A DNA stretch of 64,000 nucleotides, from IMG/VR virus record IMGVR_UViG_3300029288_005873, positions 64,001-128,000 of that record. One strand, 5' to 3'. The DNA comes from a virus (taxonomy: Duplodnaviria > Caudoviricetes). Both the position numbers and the translations under genes were made by a program. The first letter of the stretch is position 1. Each line of letters starts with the position of its first letter. Positions 9,808 to 17,263 of the stretch are shown here, one piece after another. The notes under the pieces were generated by a model. It ran no database searches. It saw nothing but the letters and a program-made list of their open reading frames with translations, and was not told the origin of the DNA.

Positions 9808-9854
9808 TGTCGTTCTCCTTCATGTTTTTGAGCCATAGGCTCGAGTTTATTGGA

Positions 9855-10211
9855 TTAACCCCAACTACAATGCTCTTCTTCTATACTCTCCATACCGTCG
9901 TAGTCATGGATATACCAACCCTCACAATCTTCAAATGGAATATCCACTACCTTAAGATAGGAGAAATTGCTATTTGCTTCATTACCAAGCTGTTCCACTA
10001 CTTGTACCAAACGAAGATCGCAACGAAATTTCTTATCATTTTCAGAATAAATATAATAATTACACCCAAAACCAGCCTTTTTACGCCTAATAAAATCTTT
10101 GTTTTCGATATCACCCTCGTTCCCAACCGTCATTCCCAACGCTATACATGCTTCGACCGCTTTGTCCGAAAGACCAAACCCACCAAAACACTTATTAATC
10201 ACAACTTTCAT
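9855..10211 (-). CDS. conserved phage hypothetical protein (KVVINxCFGGFGLS family)
   Basis: MKVVINKCFGGFGLSDKA...R.D..LVQVVE.LG..AN...YDG.E motif. Confidence 0.75.
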   Translation of the reverse strand: MKVVINKCFGGFGLSDKAVEACIALGMTVGNEGDIENKDFIRRKKAGFGCNYYIYSENDKKFRCDLRLVQVVEQLGNEANSNFSYLKVVDIPFEDCEGWYIHDYDGMESIEEEHCSWG

Positions 10212-10221
10212 TGTCTTTCTC

Positions 10222-10503
10222 CTAACAGATTTTTCCACATCGCCAGCAAACACCACTACCACTTGGATAATATACAGCACTACATTTTGGGCATTCGCTG
10301 GGCTCACCCATTGGCACATATGGTCCATGACCCTGCCGAAGATTGAAAATAGCTGAAGCTTCCTCTGGCGTATGTGCGTCGAACTCGTAAGATGGAAATT
10401 CTGATTTCGAAATCAGACCGTGCGTTATTAGAATTAAAGAATTCTCTTCAGTAGTAAGAAGAAAACCGTCATCCTGTTTATACACTAGATATCTTGTTAA
10501 CAC
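10222..10503 (-). CDS. zinc-ribbon hypothetical protein
   Basis: CPKC...CWRC; AAGGAG RBS. Confidence 0.6.
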   Translation of the reverse strand: MLTRYLVYKQDDGFLLTTEENSLILITHGLISKSEFPSYEFDAHTPEEASAIFNLRQGHGPYVPMGEPSECPKCSAVYYPSGSGVCWRCGKIC

Positions 10504-10519
10504 GTTTCTCCTTACAGAG

Positions 10520-10672
10520 CGCCCCAGGAAGGACTCGAACCTTCAATTGCGTGTGAGCTTGTACCGGATGGCTCCTAAATCGTAGAACTCCTTAGGAGCC
10601 GAGAAGAGAAGCTAATTGCTTTTGTATCGCAGCTCCAAATGCTGTTGCCTTTTCCAATTTGGCTACTGACCC
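10520..10672 (-). ncRNA. giant-variable-arm tRNA-like RNA, copy A
   Basis: D-arm GCC AAATTGGAAAA GGC, CAGC-ATTTGGA-GCTG arm, ~85-nt insert, T-arm GAAGG TTCGAGT CCTTC; acceptor partly mismatched. Confidence 0.8.
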
Positions 10673-10682
10673 GAACTGATAA

Positions 10683-10710
10683 AACATATCCTCCTGAAGA
10701 AAATTGTCAA
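10683..10710 (-). promoter_or_regulatory. sigma70-like promoter for RNA copy A and the TROVE/Ubl block
   Basis: TTGACA-N16-TATGTT ending 10 nt upstream of the RNA 5' end. Confidence 0.6.
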
Positions 10711-11414
10711 GCCTCATTTTCGGGAAACAGTCCAAGCTTCACGTTCTGGAGGTTTTTCTGCTTAGCGTCGATCTCACGCTCCAATTTCCCTAAATTTCTT
10801 CAACTTCATTACTTAGCCTCACGAAGTTTATTTCCATGGTTTCCTTGTAGTTCATATCCGATTTCTTTTGCAGCAAATCGCAACGGATCCCAATGGTGAT
10901 GATTGTCACAATTGTCCCAAAGCGCTTGTATTCTTGCTGCTATAACTTCATTTGGCTCATCTATAAGTTCTACCGTAATGCGATATTTTCGCACTTCAAC
11001 TATGCCATTAAAACATGATGGGCAATCCTGTTTCATGTTTTTAATGGCATACTGATGAGGCTCAGAAAAAGTTTCCATTACAATAGGTTCAAAACGGATT
11101 GCTTTTCTCTTATCTTTACGCATCATATTTCCCTTACTGGTGAAGAAGACTAAGTGCTTGTTTTCGCTCAAGATTAAGAATTTGCCCTCCTTCAAAAAGG
11201 AGTATCCAACGAACTTTTCCCTTGTCCGAAAAACCAATCAAATCAGTACCGCACGCTACCTTCCAAAACCTCTCTCCAATATTCCGTCGTACTATTTTTC
11301 CTATTCCAGGAGTTATACCAATCCAATCTTTTCGACAATGGATTCCTTCACGCTTTGCAATGCGTACTTCCCAAGATTCCAACTTCATATTGTCCTCATA
11401 TCCTAAAAACTAGA

Positions 11415-11789
11415 TTATATCTTGCCAGACTTTATTTGTTTTGATCTCTCCATGGCCATATTGAATATATCAGTTCTATCATCATCTGACAAATTACGTA
11501 GAATCTCGAACACACTATTATCAATGCCATCAAATGTTGGATCAAGTTCCAAATTTGTCCCCTTTAGCCCACTGGAGCGCACAACAATAACATCTCCATC
11601 ATATATATTACAGGCACATAGGTTCATCCACCTAACCATTGGTCCACCATGTGCGTCTTTTTCCTCAAATACGACGCCCATAGTTCCGGGGATAACATCA
11701 GCAGCATATAATCTCTTGGCTGCCACGACAACATCTCCTCTCCTAAGTTTGCTTATATCCATTATTTTCCTTTCTTGTCGGGATAGCAA
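11415..11789 (-). CDS. hypothetical protein (true start probably MDISK)
   Basis: ORF on the dominant strand. Confidence 0.55.
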   Translation of the reverse strand: MLSRQERKIMDISKLRRGDVVVAAKRLYAADVIPGTMGVVFEEKDAHGGPMVRWMNLCACNIYDGDVIVVRSSGLKGTNLELDPTFDGIDNSVFEILRNLSDDDRTDIFNMAMERSKQIKSGKI

Positions 11790-11852
11790 GATTTGAACTT
11801 GCGACCTCTCGGGCCCAGGCCGAGCGCTCTAACCAGGCTGAGCTACATCCCG
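11778..11852 (-). tRNA. tRNA-Pro(TGG), C33 variant
   Basis: CGGGATG/TATCCCG-A; CTCGG CC-TGG-GC CCGAG; TTCAAAT T-loop. Confidence 0.88.
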
Positions 11853-12190
11853 CCCTTACAAAACTGACTATTCCAATGGACAACCTTCTTCAGCTAGTTG
11901 CCTATCACATTCGTATGAACAACACCACTCTCCATCATAGCATGCAGAACCAACAATACATCCCTTCGCAAATTTTGCCTCAATACCGCAGTTTGCGCAT
12001 CGACCCCCTGGGTCGTCTGTCGGCCATGACGAGCGCTGCATCCATCTCCAGAATGAACGCATCTCGTCCTCCATAACCTCCGCATAACATTCTGCCTCAA
12101 AAGCTTTCTGTTCCTCTGTATATTCATGTTCAAACTGAATGCTGGTATCGGAGATTTCCCTACACATGTTGCCCCCTTTCCGCGAAAACG

Positions 12191-12226
12191 TCCGCGGATT
12201 TTTTTCGCTGCATCAACGCGCGATCC
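12191..12226. repeat. 36-38 bp dispersed intergenic repeat, copy 1
   Basis: tccgcggatttttttcgctgcatcaacgcgcgatcc; near-identical copy at 39484-39521. Confidence 0.8.
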
Positions 12227-12417
12227 TTGTGACTGGGCTAGTTATGCTAGCTTTTATGTATGTTTCTCGGAACTGCGATGACGCAGCCCTGCTAACCAGG
12301 CCTTCCACATAAGTTCTATTGTTCTGTCATCCAGTGCGCAAAATGGCACTCCTGTTTGCGCATATAACCAACCGTCCATCCATGCTATAAAATCGCTGTC
12401 GTTTTTCCAATCATCCG

Positions 12418-12816
12418 TCATTTTTTATCCCAATACGATGCCAGCCACCACTTGGGCTCGCCGCAAAGATTTACACCATGATCTTCACAGATTTTCCTTA
12501 TTTTTAGTATAACTTTATAATCAATTTCCATATCATCAATTTCAACTACACCTTTTCTACCAGTTAATAATACCTTTGCCGCTAAGGCGTATATTGGACG
12601 ACCCATAGAATAATAATTTCCTACCACAAATGGAATTGGATTCCCACTTCTCCATTTCATCCTATAATGATACTGTGTATCTTCATCAATATTATCAGGT
12701 AATTTGTACCCATTAATTTTCATCCACCACTTATCAACATCCTCTCCCCAAGGGAGATTATAACCTTCCTCAAATAACCAACCATAAAACAAAACACCAT
12801 CAGCGGATATTCCCAT
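12418..12816 (-). CDS. hypothetical phage protein
   Basis: AAGGAG RBS; 132 aa. Confidence 0.65.
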   Translation of the reverse strand: MGISADGVLFYGWLFEEGYNLPWGEDVDKWWMKINGYKLPDNIDEDTQYHYRMKWRSGNPIPFVVGNYYSMGRPIYALAAKVLLTGRKGVVEIDDMEIDYKVILKIRKICEDHGVNLCGEPKWWLASYWDKK

Positions 12817-12832
12817 TACTTTTTCTCCTTTG

Positions 12833-12904
12833 TGGAGCCGTCCCGAGGTGCGCGGGAACTCTAAATTCTTCAGATTTATGTGCTACTGATTACACCACGG
12901 CTCC
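12833..12904 (-). tRNA. tRNA-Phe(GAA) with non-canonical T-loop
   Basis: GGAGCCG/CGGCTCC-A; TAAAT CT-GAA-GA ATTTA; T-arm TCCCG CGCACCT CGGGA. Confidence 0.78.
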
Positions 12905-12992
12905 TTATTGGTACTATAATTTTACACTATAGTACCACAGATAATAATCTGTAACAATTGCAACTATTCTATTGTCAACGAACATACTACAT

Positions 12993-13063
12993 TGACCCTA
13001 AGGGGAATTGAACCCCTGTTTCATGACTGAGAATCACGCGGCCTACCATTAGCCGATAGGGTC
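12993..13063 (-). tRNA. tRNA-Glu(CTC)
   Basis: GACCCTA/TAGGGTC-A; CGTGA TT-CTC-AG TCATG; TTCAATT T-loop. Confidence 0.9.
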
Positions 13064-13655
13064 TTTTGTTTCGTTTGGACTACTTTTCCAATCTGGCATT
13101 CTAGCTATAGCCGAATCTCTTGTAGGACGAAATGCCCATATCCAACTAGCTGGCCATTCTTCGTCCTCACAAATTATTGGCTTCTCCGAAAAAGCTGTAA
13201 TTACCACAAAAGCTTCTTTTGTGTCCACTAATGCAAAGAACACTTTGTTGATCGCAAGATCAACTATTACAATATTAGCGCGCTTTCCAATACTATGACG
13301 TGGATCGTTTTTATACCACATTTTATTTACCATGCTTTTCTTTGTCACATTCTTGTTCCGCTGCTGCGTGACAAATTGGACACCAGCCGCGAAAACATTT
13401 CACGGCATTCGAGGTGTATGGCCAACCGATACGACTAGCATCTCTCATAAGCTCCTCGCAAAGGTCTATCCTACCTTGCCAATAATCTGCCGATCTACCA
13501 ACTCGCTCACGATTGCGCTTCAAATTTTTGGCTTCCCAAAGCAAATACGCAAAGTGCTTAGTAAGACCTTTTGTATATGGATGGTTAAGCCAATCCACCG
13601 TTTGTTGCTTGTCTCCAAAAAATCTTGCGAAAATGCCCATCCTTTTTCTCCTTTA

Positions 13656-13728
13656 TTCCGGAGCTAGGATTCGAACCTAGATCAGCAACATCCAAGGTGT
13701 TGTGCCCTTGCCATTGGACCACTCCGGA
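13656..13728 (-). tRNA. tRNA-Gln(TTG), C33 variant
   Basis: TCCGGAG/CTCCGGA-A; CAACA CC-TTG-GA TGTTG; CTAGG TTCGAAT CCTAG. Confidence 0.88.
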
Positions 13729-13729
13729 G

Positions 13730-13856
13730 TGGTGCTGTCTCTCCAGCTGTCACGCCTCATACGTTGAGTTGCGCCTCCCATCAGTGTTCTCCAACACGTG
13801 AGATAACAGATTGCTGGCGTTCACAACCGAATGACCGCCCCAATTTGTTGGGCGTG
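13730..13856 (-). ncRNA. candidate structured ncRNA ending in hairpin-ACCA, abutting tRNA-Gln
   Basis: Stems GTCA/TGAC, CGCC/GGCG, TCTCA/TGGGA, GTGTT/AACAC, CTCA/TGAG, then GCTG-GAGAGA-CAGC-ACCA. Confidence 0.5.
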
Positions 13857-13969
13857 TACATTTCACTACAAAAAAGATTATCTACAACAGGTTTAACTAG
13901 TCTAGATATATGTCATTAAAATAATCAACCAAATGTAATAATTTTAACAATCATGTTATCAAAATTCTA

Positions 13970-14347
13970 TTATGTTACCTCGTATTTGGATCCAACACAT
14001 ACTGTCACTGATCGATTTGGGCATTCATGCGAAGGAATAAGGAATTTCCTACCATCGTCGGTGACTATAAATACCAGATCCACTTTTGTCGAATCAAAAA
14101 ATTTAACCGTATTTCCTGTTTTGTTTCCGCCCTTTGTACGCATTTCGACTTGATAACTACTGCCGCTCCTCTTGTATCGAGATGTACGAACTTGTACTTT
14201 CTTGAGAGTGCCGTCGTCTATTACTAAGTCATACTCTTGACTATCAGTAAGTGGTACGCATACAGTACAACCTTGTACAGAAAACCATCCGATAGCAATC
14301 CCGAGACCAACATCTCCCTGCTTTTTGCTATTTCTTTGTTTTAGCAT
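13970..14347 (-). CDS. PD-(D/E)XK homing endonuclease (group I intron-associated type, free-standing)
   Basis: KKQGDVG, PLTDSQEYDLVID, KKVQVRT motifs; located among tRNAs. Confidence 0.8.
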   Translation of the reverse strand: MLKQRNSKKQGDVGLGIAIGWFSVQGCTVCVPLTDSQEYDLVIDDGTLKKVQVRTSRYKRSGSSYQVEMRTKGGNKTGNTVKFFDSTKVDLVFIVTDDGRKFLIPSHECPNRSVTVCVGSKYEVT

Positions 14348-14537
14348 AACGTTATTAAATCGCAGCCTGTGCCCACAGATACACCATCAGTGCCGTAAAA
14401 GCAACAATCGCCAAAATACCAATACCGATACGCACATATGTGTACACTGGAGCCCTTAGCTGTGGAACTTCACAACATTCTTGTTCATTCTTCTTCTCAG
14501 CACATTTGCCAGAACATTCACACATTATCGCCACCTT

Positions 14538-15356
14538 TCAGATGTCAAGCCCAATATCATCGGGGGTTTTGATTCCGACAACTTTCTTTATACTCTCCTT
14601 CCACTTAACTTTTGGTGCTAGAACGGGATCTGACATAACTCTATCATAAAGTCTAATAATTGCTGCGTCGCTTTGAGATTCTTCCAAAGCAAGAATCATA
14701 TCACTCGTATGCTGATCCATATAACCACCGGCATTTATTAAACAGCGCTGACTTAGCTTATTAGCCTTCCCAATCCAAATTGCGTCAGTTACATATGGCA
14801 CTACAGTCTTAACTAGCCTAATAACATTATCGTGATTGGTATCCAGCATTGGCTCCATTGATACGCTGGTCTGCCAGCCGTTATCATGCGCCCACATGAG
14901 AGAATATAGTCTTTCAGCAAATGTGGGAGCCTTTGGCTCCCAAAAACGCAACGTACTAGGATCCATTGATCCAATTGTGAAACGAAATAAGATATTTCCC
15001 TTTACCCAAGGCATATCTCCACACAATTGTTTAATAATATACGGACTCGGCTTAGATACTACAAGAACTTTATTTCCAGCCTCCAAGAGCTTCCATAACA
15101 TCTCACGACAGTACTTAAAATTACTGGTCGTAATATCGTGAGATGTTGGAAACATTACTGTTCCTTGTCTCTTTCCAAACCTTTTTGCTATCTCCCTTGG
15201 TCGTTCTATTTCCCAACTCTTTGCTGTTTCCTTGCCAAACCTAATAGCTTGTGCCTTTGCATAACAATAAAGACAACCGTTGGTACAACCATCCATACAA
15301 TTTGCAGAACTAGCAGCCCATTCTCTTGTACCAGTTGGAGTTTTCTTACTACTCAT
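14538..15356 (-). CDS. radical SAM protein (spore photoproduct lyase-like superfamily)
   Basis: GCTNGCLYCYA CxxxCxxC; WEPKAP...ER; SVSMEPM. Confidence 0.8.
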   Translation of the reverse strand: MSSKKTPTGTREWAASSANCMDGCTNGCLYCYAKAQAIRFGKETAKSWEIERPREIAKRFGKRQGTVMFPTSHDITTSNFKYCREMLWKLLEAGNKVLVVSKPSPYIIKQLCGDMPWVKGNILFRFTIGSMDPSTLRFWEPKAPTFAERLYSLMWAHDNGWQTSVSMEPMLDTNHDNVIRLVKTVVPYVTDAIWIGKANKLSQRCLINAGGYMDQHTSDMILALEESQSDAAIIRLYDRVMSDPVLAPKVKWKESIKKVVGIKTPDDIGLDI

Positions 15357-15593
15357 CTATTTATCTTCTCTCAGTGAATTAGCTAAATTAGTCGCATATG
15401 TAAACAGTGGACCTTTACAAATTTGACGAGGATAAGGATACGTATTAATATTGCCAATTAGGTTTTCGATAACTCCAATTGGCAAATGATTTTGTATAAG
15501 ATCATATAGAAACAAAACCAACGCATCGTTACACCAAGATGTGTTTTCTTTGCACGACTTCTCTAACTCCCCAATTTTCTTCTTTTTTGCCAT
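15357..15593 (-). CDS. small helical protein, tandem paralog B
   Basis: LVLFLYDLIQNHL.IG.IE...KG.L..YA..LA..L; aligns with upstream ORF. Confidence 0.65.
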   Translation of the reverse strand: MAKKKKIGELEKSCKENTSWCNDALVLFLYDLIQNHLPIGVIENLIGNINTYPYPRQICKGPLFTYATNLANSLREDK

Positions 15594-15594
15594 A

Positions 15595-15862
15595 TTAGTC
15601 TCTTTTTCTCAACCGTTCTGCCAGGTCTTTGGCATAGTTGGCTAGCCAGCCTTTTTGTGAAACGGCTTGGCTGCTTTTCAACTTCGCCCATCATATCCTC
15701 AACCATGCCTATGGTCATATGGTCGCGCATAAGCTGATATAGGAAAGACACAAGCGGATCATCGGACCCAACATTACCACTTCGCTCACGCAACGCATCC
15801 ATACGATATGCTGTCTCCGTCAAAGAAACATGGCATTCCCTAAGCTCGTTATCTTGCGCCAT
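15595..15862 (-). CDS. small helical protein, tandem paralog A (+1 frameshift at 15652-15656)
   Basis: LVSFLYQLMRDHMTIGMVE; removing one A gives KGWLANYAKDLAERLRKRD* matching paralog B and a TAATATG junction. Confidence 0.65.
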
Positions 15863-15874
15863 TCTATTCCCCTT

Positions 15875-15910
15875 AAAAACAAAAACGCCCAAGCTTTTAA
15901 CTTGGGCGCC
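15875..15910 (-). terminator. intrinsic terminator of attenuator
   Basis: GCGCCCAAG-TTAAAAG-CTTGGGCGT-TTTTGTTTTT. Confidence 0.85.
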
Positions 15911-15938
15911 GGTTTTGCTGTTTATTTTCCGCTTTGGT

Positions 15939-16103
15939 TTATGCGCCCAAGTCTCCTATTAAGTTACTACCAAAGCGGACGTTTCCATTAAAAGAATAAG
16001 AACGCTCGGGCAGAATACTGGATGGCTGATTCCACACACACGTATCCAGTAGCCCATTTTGGGCTTTCTGGAAAGCTACTTTGTGTGTTAATGAACGCAT
16101 CAT
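15939..16103 (-). CDS. 54-aa leader peptide (uORF) of attenuator
   Basis: GGAGAT RBS; MMRSLTHK...IGDLGA*; last codons form the antiterminator strand. Confidence 0.65.
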   Translation of the reverse strand: MMRSLTHKVAFQKAQNGLLDTCVWNQPSSILPERSYSFNGNVRFGSNLIGDLGA

Positions 16104-16175
16104 TTTTTATATCTCCAAAAACAGCACCAGAGGGTTTAGTTGCTTTAATGGCATACTAGACCTAGTCTGGCGCGG

Positions 16176-16299
16176 CGGGGAGTTTCCGATTCGAACGGAA
16201 AGCTTGTGGGCTTCACAGGAGTTGGTCGTTTACGACCGAGAAATGAAGCAGGTTATTCTGGTTTGGCTCCAGTTGGCACCCCAGGTGCCAAAACTCCCC
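16176..16299 (-). ncRNA. giant-variable-arm tRNA-like RNA, copy D (most divergent)
   Basis: GGGGAGT/ACTCCCC acceptor; CTGG-AGCCAAA-CCAG; GCTTCA/TGAAGC with CTC-GGTCG TAAA CGACC; TTCCG TTCGAAT CGGAA. Confidence 0.75.
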
Positions 16300-16336
16300 A
16301 AAATTAGGAATGCGCGAGCGAGGAAGTCTTTTGTGT

Positions 16337-16408
16337 TAGCGGATGAGGGGATTGAACCCTCAACCTTCTGATTATAGGTCAGACGCTCTACCATTGAGCT
16401 GATTCGCT
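16337..16408 (-). tRNA. tRNA-Ile(TAT), C33 variant
   Basis: AGCGAAT/ATCCGCT (one mismatch); TCTGA CC-TAT-AA TCAGA; GAGGG TTCAATC CCCTC. Confidence 0.82.
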
Positions 16409-16437
16409 TGTGGACTTCTTTCCTTTGCGCATACCCG

Positions 16438-16574
16438 TCTGCCCGCTGGGATTCGAACCCAGATGATTTTCGCGTGTAGGTTCAGTATATTAGCTCCAAA
16501 GGAGCCGAGTAAAGGAACTAGATGCTTTTTGAAAGCTCCAAATGCTTTTGCCGCTCCAATTCGGCCACGGGCAG
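16438..16574 (-). ncRNA. giant-variable-arm tRNA-like RNA, copy B
   Basis: CTGCCCG/CGGGCAG-A; GCCG AATTGGAG CGGC; AAAGC-ATTTGGA-GCTTT; ~65-nt insert; CTGGG TTCGAAT CCCAG. Confidence 0.85.
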
Positions 16575-16645
16575 ATAAAAAACAAACTAGCCTAATCTAT
16601 CAATTTTACAGCATAATAATTAAACTAGTTAAGGAGGAACTTAGT

Positions 16646-17161
16646 ATGCTAATTTGTCGTAACTGTAACCAACCTTTTCCCTACAGCATTATCGTAAATG
16701 GGAAAGTGCGAAACCTACAACACAGAAAATTCTGTCTCAAATGCTCTACTTTCGGGAAGCATAATACCTGCGCAGATATAAAACAAAAACTCTCTGATCA
16801 GAAAATTTGCGCTAAGTATCACAATCTTTTTAGCAAAGACGATTTCTACAAACGGGCAAACGGTAGTCCTATTTCATATTGTAGAGAATGCGCCCGAAAA
16901 TGGTTCCTTGATTGGCAACATTCCATCAAAAAACAGTGCGTTGATTACAAAGGAGGCTGCTGTATCTTATGTGGATACAACAAATACTTCGGCTCGCTGG
17001 AATTTCACCACTTGGATAGGAGTCAAAAAGATTTCACCATATCAAGTCACAGAAGTCTTTCTTTCGACCAACTCAAAGAAGAACTAGATAAATGTATCCT
17101 TCTTTGTGCCAACTGTCATCGTGAGGTACATGGTGGAATTACTGAATTCCCAGCTGATTAG
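16646..17161 (+). mobile_element. HNH homing endonuclease, free-standing
   Basis: AAGGAGG RBS; CILCGY...LEFHH.D...KDF.IS...ELDKCILLCANCHREVH; only credible plus-strand gene. Confidence 0.85.
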
Positions 17162-17263
17162 TATTCCGTTTATGCTTACAAATTTCTACAGAACCAAACT
17201 ACTATTTTCACAAAACTACAGACTTTACATATTACAATTCGGCTACAATTTAATCTTCTTCCG

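Noticed and set aside
13770-13790. CTGATG resembling a hammerhead ribozyme core
   Set aside because: It reads CTGATGG and no GAAA follows stem II, so the catalytic core is incomplete.
14350-14395. Apparent tRNA 5' half (GCACTGA TG GTGT...GCAC) before the PD-(D/E)XK endonuclease, suggesting an intron-split tRNA
   Set aside because: It is the 3' end of a small membrane-protein ORF (...AFTALMVYLWAQAAI*), and no matching 3' half or group I core was found.
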